DNA of 64,000 nt from Calcarisporiella thermophila CBS 279.70 (lineage: Eukaryota; Fungi; Calcarisporiellomycota), in assembly GCF_041956535.1 (NCBI RefSeq), contig NW_027192199.1, positions 458,213 through 522,212 of the forward strand. The letters run 5' to 3'. Below the pieces are notes generated by a model. It was given only the letters and a program-made list of their open reading frames with translations, was not told where the DNA came from and searched no databases. Shown piece after piece: positions 40,272 to 53,597 of this stretch (position 1 is its first letter; every line of letters begins with the position of its first letter). The position numbers were made by a program, and so were the translations under genes.

Positions 40272-40586
40272 CTACTGCGACTTAGCATTGCGCTCTTTCT
40301 CCACCAACTCTGAGCTCAACAATTGCGCAATATCCTCAATTCCTTCGAAAGTAAGATGCTCTTCATTGCGCTTGGCATCGAGCTCGCCCTGTAAGTTGAG
40401 CTCTACATCGCCTTCGAAGCTCGTTTTTGTTTGGCCACGCTCGGCCTTGAGGCGGTGCAAGGCAAAAGCCGTGCTGGCAAGCAGTGATTCTTGGTTGGAA
40501 TATGATGTGTGAGAATATGCGGTGGATTGAATGGGATGATAGTAACGAGAATGAGTGCGAAGGGAGTGACGGAAGGAGTTGAACAT
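40272..40586 (-). CDS. Small hypothetical protein (~104 aa); N-terminus resembles a mitochondrial presequence
   Basis: Open frame with coding-like GC in an AT-rich context. No family recognised. Confidence 0.4.
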   Translation of the reverse strand: MFNSFRHSLRTHSRYYHPIQSTAYSHTSYSNQESLLASTAFALHRLKAERGQTKTSFEGDVELNLQGELDAKRNEEHLTFEGIEDIAQLLSSELVEKERNAKSQ

Positions 40587-42907
40587 CTGCTGAAAGGCTC
40601 TGATAAAAAAGTAGATAGGGAAAAACACGCGTAAAGAGATAAAAGGGAAGGGAGATAGTGTGAGACCAGAACAGTGGGATAGAAAGAAGAAAAAGGCAGG
40701 ATGGGAGCTGGTTTACCGATAAATAGGCGAAATTTTAGAGTAGATAAGAATCCGGACCGATCCTATTGGCCGATAGCGATAGGTGAGGAGGGGTCATGTG
40801 CTATCCTGTTGGAGATTCACATGCTTCGAAGGAATTGTAGCCTACCTTATCTCTACCCTAATAAGGCAAGATGGACAACACAACTTGCCCTGACGCTATT
40901 GGATGCAATGTGACTCGCATCTCTCTAACTGATGCAACAGATTATCATTCCGCCCGCATCTGTCTTCTTTCTTGGTGTAGACCACGCAGTCCCATCTCCC
41001 CTGCCATATTGCAAGCTAGATTGCGTGCAGCGTGCCTTTCTTGCTTCTATAGTAAATGGCTCTGACAATTGCACTGCAATGTTTAAACCTGGACTTGAAT
41101 GTCTTGGCGAGGAGAAATAATGTCACAGGTGTAGGGATTAGAGGCAGATGCTCGAGAAAATGAGAAGAAATAAACTCAGACTACAAAGTGGTAGCATCAG
41201 CGGAGAATGTAATGGCCTATTCTATGTAGATGGGTCGAATCTAGTCAAAGAAGTAATAGATCTTGGCTCCAGCTTTATTATGTATGAGATACTGCATGTT
41301 TACATGGAATTAACTTCAGTCAGGATGCCGCTATTTACGCGAGAGTAATAAAAAAACTTACTCGAAATTAGGCCAAGGCGGACAGATCCAAAAGGATATC
41401 GAAGTAAGAGATAAAAAGGATTAATAGCCTTTATGCAGATTTCAGCTGCATCATGATGCATTTGTTGTTTATCAAGGATTAAGTTTTTTTTATAGATTAG
41501 GTTCCCTAATAGTTAGAGTCCAGTAAAAACTGCTTAGAAAACTTTAGCTTCAGGTTAGATTTGTAAAGAATGCAAGCCGTTTTCCCTTGTCAATCATGGG
41601 TTTCCTATCAATATAGCTTCATTTATACAAATAATCCTATTAATTTAATGACTTGCATATAATTATTACTATGGGCAACTGTGTGGGTTATTTTTTCTGC
41701 CTCAAAAGATAAATCTTGACAGATCTCTTTAGCAATAATGTAGAATGGCTTCTTTCCTCACCTGAGACACGTATTCCAACGTCCACTTGGCAGCTTAATC
41801 TGGAAGGAATGAATGTAGAGATTATGACTACGTCATAATCGCCCAGCTAATGCTTGACAGTATTCTATACCCCATTAGTTTCCTAGTTAGGTGAAGGTAA
41901 CCTATTTTAGTAGACACTATAATTGTTAATAAATAATTACTAAATTTCTATTTTATTGAATCCTTGACGTGAGACAGTAATAAGGGCAAGATATCCACTA
42001 TAGCCGTGTTGAAATAAGGTGTTTTCTCATACATTATATCTCTTAACCTTTCCCATTGATTAAAGGGTAACTGAGTTGTAATCATTTAAACCGTCTAATC
42101 GAACCGTTGTCCTTGTCAAGCAAAACCGTGTCTGTAATAACCGTTTCTCATCAAGTTCGTCTTCGAAAACGTTACTATCTCTTTGACGAGTTTTTGAACA
42201 AATTTGATAGGCCATCCGCAGGATTTCCAATTCTCCTGTACTGTTTCGTGGTGAAATATTACGGTAAGAGGAAGATACTTCGTCTAAACTTCTTCTTGCT
42301 GGGTACCCTGAGTGTAAAAACATCCTCAGCAAGGTCGAGTGTTCATTGCCAGCTGTTCCAGATCGGTATTCACGTTTTTACTTTTCGACCCTTTCCGTCC
42401 TGGCTATCTTACGTTTTACTTTCACTACTCGTCCATCCTTGCTCTACTATCGCTCCTAACCCATCACCACTTGTATCTGTAAACTTCACATCGACGGCTC
42501 CCTTCCATCGTATTGCTCTTTAGTACCAGCTCCGCTCCGCATCCGATCAACTCTTCCTGACAGTGCTACTCATCGTAGTCTCTAGAGTTTGCGGTTCCAT
42601 TCGGTACCCTTCAAGCAGCTAATTCAGGGCGTAGATCATACACGAAGAAATAGATCCTCATTTTCCCCTGAATGCCCAATTCCCGAACGTTTAATCCATG
42701 ACGCTACCCTCCACTTTACCTTCCAAACTCCCGAGTTGCACTCTTTTGAGACTCCTCACAGAGTTTTGCCCAGGTGCCCACTTTTGACTCGTTACGTTGC
42801 TTACCAAGTTGCTGCATTCCAACAACGATCCCACAACATTGCAAGCGACTTCTTCTGACCAACTTTGGCTAGTGTTTTACTTGATTTAAAACCTCGCAGC
42901 CAACTCA

Positions 42908-43832
42908 NNNNNNNNNNNNNNNNNNNNNNNNNNNNNNNNNNNNNNNNNNNNNNNNNNNNNNNNNNNNNNNNNNNNNNNNNNNNNNNNNNNNNNNNNNNNN
43001 NNNNNNNNNNNNNNNNNNNNNNNNNNNNNNNNNNNNNNNNNNNNNNNNNNNNNNNNNNNNNNNNNNNNNNNNNNNNNNNNNNNNNNNNNNNNNNNNNNNN
43101 NNNNNNNNNNNNNNNNNNNNNNNNNNNNNNNNNNNNNNNNNNNNNNNNNNNNNNNNNNNNNNNNNNNNNNNNNNNNNNNNNNNNNNNNNNNNNNNNNNNN
43201 NNNNNNNNNNNNNNNNNNNNNNNNNNNNNNNNNNNNNNNNNNNNNNNNNNNNNNNNNNNNNNNNNNNNNNNNNNNNNNNNNNNNNNNNNNNNNNNNNNNN
43301 NNNNNNNNNNNNNNNNNNNNNNNNNNNNNNNNNNNNNNNNNNNNNNNNNNNNNNNNNNNNNNNNNNNNNNNNNNNNNNNNNNNNNNNNNNNNNNNNNNNN
43401 NNNNNNNNNNNNNNNNNNNNNNNNNNNNNNNNNNNNNNNNNNNNNNNNNNNNNNNNNNNNNNNNNNNNNNNNNNNNNNNNNNNNNNNNNNNNNNNNNNNN
43501 NNNNNNNNNNNNNNNNNNNNNNNNNNNNNNNNNNNNNNNNNNNNNNNNNNNNNNNNNNNNNNNNNNNNNNNNNNNNNNNNNNNNNNNNNNNNNNNNNNNN
43601 NNNNNNNNNNNNNNNNNNNNNNNNNNNNNNNNNNNNNNNNNNNNNNNNNNNNNNNNNNNNNNNNNNNNNNNNNNNNNNNNNNNNNNNNNNNNNNNNNNNN
43701 NNNNNNNNNNNNNNNNNNNNNNNNNNNNNNNNNNNNNNNNNNNNNNNNNNNNNNNNNNNNNNNNNNNNNNNNNNNNNNNNNNNNNNNNNNNNNNNNNNNN
43801 NNNNNNNNNNNNNNNNNNNNNNNNNNNNNNNN
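42908..43832. other. Assembly gap (925 N)
   Basis: Run of N. Confidence 1.
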
Positions 43833-43855
43833 CATAACACATCAGCCAATTCGAT

Positions 43856-43937
43856 GACAGCTTGACCGAGTGGTTAAGGTGTATGACTAGAAATCATATG
43901 GGCTCTGCCCGCGCAGGTTCGAATCCTGCAGCTGTCG
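43856..43937 (+). tRNA. tRNA-Ser(AGA), intronless
   Basis: Identical to 11668..11749 except the anticodon (CT-AGA-AA). A T-run terminator follows. Confidence 0.97.
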
Positions 43938-44221
43938 TGTTTTTGATTTTTTGACAATATGAGGGAACAATGAAAGTTTAAGAATGAATGAGGGTCTGAT
44001 TCCTGGTGTTGCCGAAGGGCTCTTAAACTTTTTGGTAAGCCGATTGAACCTGAGCTCGAACATGGAACTTATATTTAGTTTATTCAATTATATATATTTT
44101 TCATAGTTTAAGATCAAAGTAGAAGGTGCTAGGAAACTTGCATTATATATATATAATGAAACCAATAACCATCTGGGCAAGAGCTTCGACACAGGAGTGA
44201 ATTTCGTTCAGCAATACAATA

Positions 44222-46233
44222 TCATTTCGTATTTGATGAGGAAGAACCACTATGATTTGTAGAGCTCTGGAGTTGCCCGGAACGGGGCTGATCAGTGGTC
44301 GGATGTGGGTAGGAAAGACCAGCTCCAGACACGCGTCGCTGGGTTAGAGGCGCGGTCATACTTGGAGGGCGGGAGCGTTCACGGGACGCTATGGCGGCCA
44401 CAATTAAGTATTAAGTATCGAATTAAATTTTGAAAGGGTGTATGAAGATTTAAAACTCACTAGACCGCGAGCGTGGAAGAGAGCCAGGCGCTGGTGTTGG
44501 ATATCCGGTGCTTCCTAAAGAGTCTCCGAGGCTAAGACTCCCGCCAAATGGCGTGCCCAGTGGAATCGGGGTAATAGAGGGTGAAAGTGAGGTGTCAACG
44601 GATGAAATTGATCTTGAACTAGAAGTAGAGCGAGAACGACGCTATAAGAAGAAATGGGTAAGAAAAAGCCAAGTGTCCTATATTTAAAGATGTTTACAGT
44701 TTGCATTCGAGGAGATACGCTTGGCCTTACAACTGAAGGTAGACTATTGACAAATAAAGAGGATGACTTAATTACGCACTTTTATTTAGAAGTCTTCATC
44801 TAAACTTACCTCTCGTCTAATTGTATGTCACTGATAGGAAGACCCTGCTTTTTTCTCAGCTCTATCAACTCTGATTTCAGGCGATTACACTGATTGAACT
44901 TTGAGACATCTGTGCGATTCATAGATTAAATGTATCAAAACTATGATAGCAAAGCTAATATGTATATTACACTCTTTCTCCATTTGCTCCACTTTGGATC
45001 TTAGTCCATTGACTTCTGCCTTTAACATCTCGACCACACCTTGTGAGGGTCCCCCATAATCGGATATCGAAGCGGATGGGGAATGTGCGGGAATAAATTT
45101 CTTTTGCCTTTAGAGAAGAATGTGTAGTTAATCATTTGCCGAAGCAGAAGGGATTGGAGAATTCAAGTAAACTTACGAGGATGTTGGGGAGACACCAACG
45201 GAAGAACTTGCCCCTGTGACAGAGTGAGAAGACTGATGTTGGAGGCGGAGCGTTTCGAGCTGTTTTTGCAACCGATTGACAATATATTCTTGCTCTTGCT
45301 CTAGCGCATTCTCCATATCGACTTTTTCTTTTTGTAGCTAGAAATAAATATACCATCCATGAATATTCCTTAGATTCTACCGCAAAAGATAAGCAAAAAG
45401 GCTACAAACTTGATAAAGCTTCTTTTGTAGCATATTGGTTAAGTATTCCTCTTCTCTTTCCACTTGCACTAATAACTCGCCCTTTTCTCTTTTAAGGCCA
45501 GCAATGCTTTTCAGCAATTTATTGCATATATACTCTTCTTCTTGCTCGGCATGTGCGTGCTGTTTTAAATACTGTTAATAAAGTAAGAGCCTATTTTTAT
45601 AATGAGCCAAGATTACCATATCCACAGTCATTTGACGCAACATCTGATTGTCATGGCGAAGTATATTGACGTGACCAACCTCCATCTCAAGTTCAAATCT
45701 CAGCTTTTTAATTGCAAGCTCTTGGTCTTGTAGACACTGGTACGCTTGTCTCAATTTAGCTTTGATCTCTTCGATATCGTTAGATTTCATGAGCGCCTTT
45801 ATTTCTTCGCTCGTAATTGTGACATCGCTAATGTAATATGAACACGTTACGGAGAAAAACTAACATTATTGAATGAAATTAACGATCGACTTACCCAAGC
45901 TGGGCAGACTCTTTGAAAGTGGACGTGTCCAGCGAAGCTTCTAGCTCTGCTTTAGCTTGTCTTGCCTAGTTGGCACAAAGATAAGGCGGATGGTTAGAAG
46001 AGAGACAGAAATATAATGTGAAGCTACTTGTACCTGTCCTAATTGCAACTCTAGCGATTCTTTGAGTCTTTGTTCGTTCTGTTGGAGTTTTTGCAAGGCT
46101 TTTGCGCGTTCCTGTTAAGTCAAGAAAAAAAAATCTTGAGCAACTAGATGATGTAAAAAGTTTTCGAGGGTAATTATACAGAGAGGGTTGGTCGGTTTCC
46201 ATCTTCTGGAGGATTTGAAATTGGATCGGACAT
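44222..46233 (-). CDS. CCDC6 (DUF2046/H4)-family coiled-coil protein
   Basis: AEQEEEYICNKLLKSIAGLKREKGELLVQVEREEEYLTNMLQKKLYQLQKEKVDMENALEQEQEYIVNRLQKQL is the repeated EQEEExxxN signature of CCDC6. S/P-rich tail. Confidence 0.82.
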
Positions 46234-47679
46234 AACTGGGATCTGGCGTAGAAACAATTAGAAAGAGCGTATATGAGAAGAGGAGAGGAGCTCTCACATT
46301 GAGACGGAACTCTCCTCTCTCTGGATACAAAAATTTGATTGGTCACATGTATGTAATAGTAAGTGGATGAGAGATAAAATTATTCCCTCGGTCAAAGAAT
46401 AGTCAGAAAACCTATTTCTGGTTGGTGAGGCCAGTGTAAGGAACATACCTATTGTCGCTCTCTAGAGCTGAGCTTGTTTTGCCAATATCTTTGGCAAAAA
46501 TGCCAGCCTTAAGGTATTATTGACTTCTATCCGGGAGTCACCTCAGTGAATGAAAATCAGCGTCCCCAGGATAAGTTTCAATATGGTACTCTGAGGATTT
46601 CAAATAACATTATAATAAGACTTCTCTCCAGCATTAATTTGCCACTTAGTACTTTCTCGCTTGAACTTAAAAAAGTTAGGATACAGGGTAATGGCCGACA
46701 TATCCCGTTATTCCCATGGAATAGTTCTTTTGTAAGCTGGCTGATAGCAACTTAGCGCTATCATTTAATACTAAAGAGCACTAAATTTATATATCACTTC
46801 AATGTACAGAGTTGATAGTTTTGTATGTTTATTCGACTATCTGAATACTAATAAACTATGAGTCCTACCAACATTTGTCATTCGATGTTATTGTTTATCA
46901 TAGCCAGGATGTCACCCGTTTTCAATTCAAAATTCTACCCTTTCGTTTACCTTATTGTCAAACTCTTTTGCATACACGTGTATCCAAGATCACGAAAAAA
47001 CAGCTCCTATATACAAATTTTCAGGCTCCTAGTCTGAACTAATCATTGTTTTCTGACCACCTCCGCTCACAACCTGTATATTACGCAATTAAAATACCTA
47101 AGTTGCAATTTGTTGGTGGGTTAATGGTTCACCCGCGTGTCTAGAAACGACGTTTGAAACAAGCCTCTAAACCTGAAAGGAGGGAATATTCACTAGGCTT
47201 GGGAAATCAGAATTGCAAGATGGCATACACCTGGTCAACATTTGGGGTGAACATACGTAAAGCCATATAGCCACAATAATCTGCTTTATATTCATAGCAA
47301 TTTTGGCTCAATTCTTTTGACAATAATAGCGAGTTTTATATGGATTAGAGGACCCTTCATATGATAAATGCACTACTCGTGCGCTGGGCAATGCTGTCAT
47401 TGTGGGAATTTCTTTGCATGCCATCTGAACTCACAAGAGGAGGCCAGTTGAAACTAATTTAGGTTGCAAAGAGCCTCAATTGATATGTAAGCTACGCGCA
47501 CAAACTCAATTATGTCAGTGAACTTTTGTCATTTCTAGAATCGAATCAAATATCCTAACATGGATATTTATGTTATCCATTTTACCAAAATGTAAAATCA
47601 GATTCAGAAATAGAAGTAAAACATGAAATTCAAATTGTCAAAATCCGTGAAGATCGTGAAGATCTAGGAAATCCTATAA

Positions 47680-48605
47680 ATGACTTACCCTACGCTCACA
47701 ACGGCGCTTGCTTTTGATATTCCCCCAGCTGGTGCTCATATTGTTATTACTGATGAGCTAGAGGCCGAGGGTAATTTCTTATTACATCACTTCATCGCAC
47801 AATTTGTCAAATCACGAAAATCTGTTGTCATCGTGGGCTTTAGCCAAGTGCTAGTTCACTATGACCAGTGCCTAAGAAAAATGGTAATAAATAAAGCCCA
47901 CAGAGAGGGCTTAATGCGTTTCATTTTTAATTCTATGAACCAAAAAAACTAATGCATGATTTCGATGATCTAACGCAGGGAGTTAATTTGAAGGAAGCTC
48001 GCCAGTCAGGATACGTACATTTCGTCGATGGACTTACCTCACTTCACGCCACCCAACAAGAAGGGAGTGAACCTGCAACCTCTTCCGCAGATGCAACTCT
48101 TAGAGGGAGCTCTCTTAAGGATTTCTATGAGGTGATCAAGTCTTATATGGGGAACGGTGGTTTAATAGTAATAGACGATTTGTCGGCATTGCTTTACTCG
48201 GGCTGGAGTGTATTAGAAGTAAATCAGTGGTCAAAAGCACTTTTGCGGATGGCTGAAAAGGTGAGAGAGCATACTTTAATAAAAAAGACTCATGTATATT
48301 AATCCTTTTAAATTTAGACAGGAGGATGCGTAGTAACGCTAACACATGCCGATGATACCTTAGCGGGTGATATGGATCAGGAGGCTCTGTTAAATTCTCT
48401 TCTCCATAGCGCAGATTATGTTCTACAGACTAGAGCACTAAGCTCAGGACGGTCTCGAGATGTGCACGGACAATTGACACTTGCACGTGGACCACGATTC
48501 TGTACGAAGAGGCTTAGTGGATTCGAAGGCCGCACACTACAGTACAAACTGATGGATAATAATGTGCAATTTTTTGCTAAAGGATATTCTTCAGGGGTCT
48601 TATAA
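47680..48605 (+). CDS. ELP6: Elongator complex protein 6
   Basis: VITDELEAEGNFLLHHFI, HYDQCLRKMGVNL, FVDGL, IVIDDLSALLYSG, LSSGRSRDVHGQL, QYKLMDNNVQFFAKG. Confidence 0.9.
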
Positions 48606-49117
48606 AGGGGGAGAATAATATATATGTAGACGAAAGGGTTTTGTATGTGTATGAAAACCATCTAGTGGTCAAATTGTGATTCTGCAGAAGGCGGTCACTG
48701 CACAAATTCATGGTGGATATTAGAGTTTATTGCACCCATATAACGCAGAAACAATGGGTGGATTTGTAACCCCCCAAGAAATATAATCAGGAAGCCATAT
48801 TTAAGTTCCGTGGAAAAAACGCCGTTAATTGAAACCCCATTCCCAGCTGAAGATCGGGCTCTACCGGTCAATCTCTGCAGAGCCCACCCAAATTGCGGCC
48901 GGGCTTTGAAGCAACTCTATTTGTATTTGTCGAGCATAAACTAAGCCATGCCTTATAAGTTGTATTCACATTCTGATATTCAAGATATCACTATATATTA
49001 ACTCGGGAAACTCCGCATCAACTCTACCCTCTTATTCCTTCTTTCTCGGTTCACATAAATAGGAGATAACTTCTCTTTCCATCATTCACCATCATTTTCT
49101 AAATATACCAATTCACT

Positions 49118-50554
49118 ATGAGATCCCTAAATGTCATATTGAAAGTGTTACCGGGCTCACTCCTTGCAACCTTATGGGCAACCCTACTAACCTGTCTTTT
49201 TAAACTTGCTAAAGTTACTGATCTTGCCTTTCCTCCTACATTCATTACATCTGGTGAGTCCTGTTATTTATCTTTCAATCTTGAAAGTTCATGGAATCAA
49301 TAATGTTTTACTTTCCTACACTAGTCAGCATGGTCATATCTCTTATTCTCGTATTCCGTACCAAGTAAGCGAAATACTAGCACATATTTGGAATAGTGAT
49401 ATTCATATATCTCACAAAAATAGCACTGCTTATGACCGCTATTGGGAAGGACGTCGATTGTGGAGCACAGTGAATGTCTCCATTAGAAATTTCGCCCGTA
49501 TTGTCTGGGTGAATATTAAGGAGCCGACCCCTGAGGATGTTCTTCTTAAAAAAACCGTTCTGAATCTATTACTCGCATTCGCCGTTGCCACGAAACACTA
49601 TTTGCGGGAAGAATTTGGTATCGATTATGACGATTTGCGCCATCTTATCCATCATATTCCGAATTTTGATACACCTGCCGCCATAAAGGGACAACGCCCT
49701 CTGCTCAAGAAACGTTCGGGTTCAAGCTTCACGATCCTCTCGTCTTGGAAGAACTTCCACGAGGCTAAGCGCATGAATAAACTGATCACTGAGCATCTTC
49801 GCCATGAAGGTTTTTCCCAAGCAAGCAATCTTCCCTATGAGATTACTCTTTATTTGTCAAGCTATGTTCAGGATCAACGCAACCGTGATCTTGCCGATGT
49901 CCCGTCGACAACCAACCTGCACAATGCGCTTACTCAACTCACAGACTGTCTTACTGGTTTTGAACGTATTCGCCGTACACCTATCCCCCTTGCATATACC
50001 GTACACCTGACCATTTCTATCTGGGTGTTCGTATTCTTGCTTCCCTTCCAACTTTTAAGTAGCCTTGTATGGGCCACCATACCAATCACATTTGCAGCCT
50101 CCTTCATTCTGCTTGGTATCGAGAGTATTGGTGCTGAAATTGGTATGACTATAATGATAAATATTTCCTATACTTCAACTAAATTACTAATTTCCTATGT
50201 TTGGCGATTCCAGAAAATCCCTTCGGATATGATGATAACGATCTGCCACTAGACGAGTATTGTGATATTATCAAGCAAGAGCTTGATGCGATCTCTTCTC
50301 GCCCTCCTCCGACAAATCTTTATGAATGGGCTTTCTCCAAAGCCAATAAACTTTTCGAAACGTCTCCAACCAACGCTAAGGATCTCACAGGGGCCTCTAT
50401 GGAGCAAGTGCGTAGGATGCTGGAGGCAGAGGGACCCACTGCACGCAGAAATTCCGTTGCAAAGTATCCGCTTATAAATGGCAACGACGAAGAGGCGCGA
50501 GACCAAAGTGTGGCTTCTTCAACTACTGAAGAGTTCAAGATCAATATGAATTAG
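49118..50554 (+). CDS. Bestrophin-family (YneE/VCCN, UPF0187) anion channel
   Basis: ISLILVFRTNTAYDRYWEGRRLW, FAVATKHYLR, ERIRRTPIPLAY, LGIESIGAEIENPFGYDDNDLPLD. Confidence 0.92.
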
Positions 50555-51367
50555 TTGAAATTTATCGGGACTTTCTTATCCATCACCCATTTTGCATCTA
50601 TATTCGATATATATCATCTCATTTCCAAATTTTTTCAAGTTTCTTCTCTGACTTTGTTGATACTGTCTCAAAAGAACTTTTTATAGTGACCAAAATAACC
50701 CTATTTATTCTTCTCATTGTGGGATACTTGCTCTTCATAACACCATACTATATGCAAATATAGTTTATATTGTTAGATTACATTATGAAGATCACTGAAT
50801 TGCTTCAATTTCATTGACATTATAAAGCAAGCCTCTAAGCATCCATGTTTTTTTCTCTATTTTCCTCACCTTATTACCAAAAACGTATAACAGAAGCCTG
50901 GAAATTTAGCCCATTTTAAATAATAAAGTAATTTTGCAAGCGCCTTTAAATGAATGTATCATTCTCTACTGGCCTACGCTGACACCCTTGTCTTGATTCC
51001 CTTACAAATGTTTATGTGAGCCTGGCGCTGAATACTGAAGAAAAAACAATCAAATCGTAGTATTTCAACCATCCATAGATATTCTTTTGTGTTTCACGGT
51101 TATGTAAGTACATCACTCATTCTCAAACAATGAAAAATTATACATTTCAGAGTATGAGCGTATATGTTTAATATTATAAACTTAAATATCAGAATAAAAG
51201 TAGTTTTCACGCATCTGCTTATCATTGTTATAATAAAAGATTCTAATTGTATCTTTAATTATTTTATGCAGTAACAAAATTTTTTCGTTGCAGACTTTTT
51301 TCAAAAATGGGTTAAAAAGTGAAAATAGTTACAGTTAATATGTACACCAATAGCCCATACTAGTGCT

Positions 51368-53597
51368 TTATGCATCTAAAGTTTGAAATACCAAAGTAGG
51401 CGCAAAACAACCCTTTTCACCCCAAGAGTAAGCGGAAATTTCGAAATCTTCATCTATTGTATTGTCCATTGCATTTTTTTTGACACAGCCCCTGATATCC
51501 AAACTCAAACCATTCTTTAATACGTCAAGTCCATTTGTAGTGGTGAATAGGGGCGATATATCTGGGGAGACCCATATTTCGCCTGTTTCAAATTCGGATA
51601 GTGGAGCTTGGATTGATATGGTGAGTGTTCTCTCCGCTACTACCTCTTCCGCTGGTCGAACAGAAATGGACAAATGCACTGTCTTCTCACTCTTTATATG
51701 ATTCACGTGAGAGGATCCGGGAATAACTAATATTTGAAGGTGTGCGTTTTGGAGTCTTTTGGTTGAATATGCTGCCATTTCTTTTACGCCCTGAAATCGG
51801 AGGGTGACGTCCGAACCTCTAGTCAGGTTATTTTTTTCGTACGCTTCGTTATTGCAACTTTTGGCAATGGGAAAATAATCTGGGGCGGATTCTGCTATTT
51901 TAAACGATGTATTGTAGAGAGAATGGCGACTGGAGGCTTTTTTGACTATTTTTCGCCTTAGTGTCACATCGTCATGAGATGCGACTGGATATTCTCGATA
52001 ATGCGATTTAGGTTTGCGATGGAAGTCAGTAGGGGCAGGCTCTTTAGGGTGAGAGGTTATATCAAAGTCTAAATAGCAATGAAACGACACAGTTAGTTAA
52101 TAACAATTCTGGTTATTTGGAAATCTCTCAAGGCATTTACCATCCCATATTTTCCCATCAATATCCTGGAATTGACACTGCGCTTTATTTGGCTGACCAT
52201 TGATATGGAATTCGCAGAGCATCGCGCCGAATGAAATCCCATTCTATATTGACCGATTATGAATATGAAGATTATATATATGTACATTTATTACTGTAAA
52301 AATCCAATACTTACATCACTGCTTCCTGCAGCTGCCCACCATGGGTGGTTTTGCATACCATTTTGCCATGGTCTTGTTTCCTCGCCGCCAATTCCATTAA
52401 CAAACGCGAAGCTATGCCCAGGTCGCAGCTGGATGCTCGAATTCATCGACTCGATTTTTTGCGATTCGAAGTTAGACATTAGATGAGTACGTGAATAGGA
52501 GTGCTCATGAGCAGTAGCCACTAATGCTCCATATTTCCGACAGATTTCATATATTTCATAGCCGGTTTCGTCCCTCTTGTTACCTAAATAAACGATCTCA
52601 CTTAGAGAAAACTTGAAGTTTTGCGTAAATTTCTTTCATACCAGTCTGTAGCATCCGCTGATTCTTATGCCAATTGCTTGATAGAGAGAAATTTGATTAT
52701 ATTCATTAGATTGAGATCAGTAAACGTGTGGTTGTTAAGGATTACCATATTTTCCACGTGTTAGTACTCTTAGAAAGCGACTTTTCGGCAAACTCGGCAT
52801 GTCCTGTTCCTCTCGTTCCAACTCCAGAAAGTATTAAGTGCTACGATATTGTATATGATATTATATATTTAGTAAATAAAAGAAATATTTCTTAAGTCGT
52901 CATTTATTACCAAACCCTTAAAATTACATTCCATGTTGACTCCATAATCGCCGCGACAATTCTGATATAGCTTTGTACGATAAAGCCTGTCGATCATTAA
53001 ATGCTTATAACCATATTTTCCTTTCCATTTCACTAAATCGTGGTTCCCGATGGTAGCAAAGTAAGGAAAATTCGGCCCTAGAATCTCATCAATCTGAAAA
53101 AAATTCTTTTTTATATGATAATATATATAAGGTGATTATCTATATTCTACCTGTTGGACCCACAGCCGTGGAGAATCATTGTAATCAAAATCACCATTAT
53201 GGATGACTGCACTTGCTCCCCAATTTCGAATCATCTTCAATACGCGACGAGGATTCTCACCTAAGCCTTGATCAGCAAGAAAGGCAATTTTGAGATTAGG
53301 GGGTGTGTCTATGGGATTCGCGATGGATTTTTCCTTGATCTTATTTTTGGAAAAACTCTCCCACTTCTCCACATATTGTCTCCTGTATTCAAGTGGTCGC
53401 ATAAAGGCCAGTTGCCCCCATCTTATCCAATCTACTCCATTCAAAGGGCTTCTCTTCATATCAGCTGTATACCCATCGTTACCCCCAAGAAATTCAGATG
53501 GCTCATTCTCACACAGAGTTCCAAAAGAAAAGCTCTTTTGGACAAGGAGAAACAGCCATGCAACTGCGAAAACAGATCGACTTTTCTTTTTCAACAT
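51368..53597 (-). CDS. Secreted calcineurin-like metallophosphoesterase with uncharacterised C-terminal region
   Basis: Signal peptide and metal motifs AFLADQG, HNGDFDY, IGNHD, ICNWHKNQ, ATAHEHSYSRT. Confidence 0.85.

Noticed and set aside
41121-41980. TGTCACAGG... as a possible LTR start
   Set aside because: No matching terminal inverted end, second LTR, PBS or TSD found.
42801-43857. Four 314-344 aa ORFs in the ORF track
   Set aside because: Artefacts of the N run (poly-X).
47200-47480. Possibly degenerate coding or TE sequence upstream of ELP6
   Set aside because: The frames I translated are riddled with stops and have no convincing motif.
48754-48786. Upstream ATG as the bestrophin start
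   Set aside because: Closes after 10 codons. ATG 49118 has an in-frame stop upstream and gives the expected N-terminal helix.
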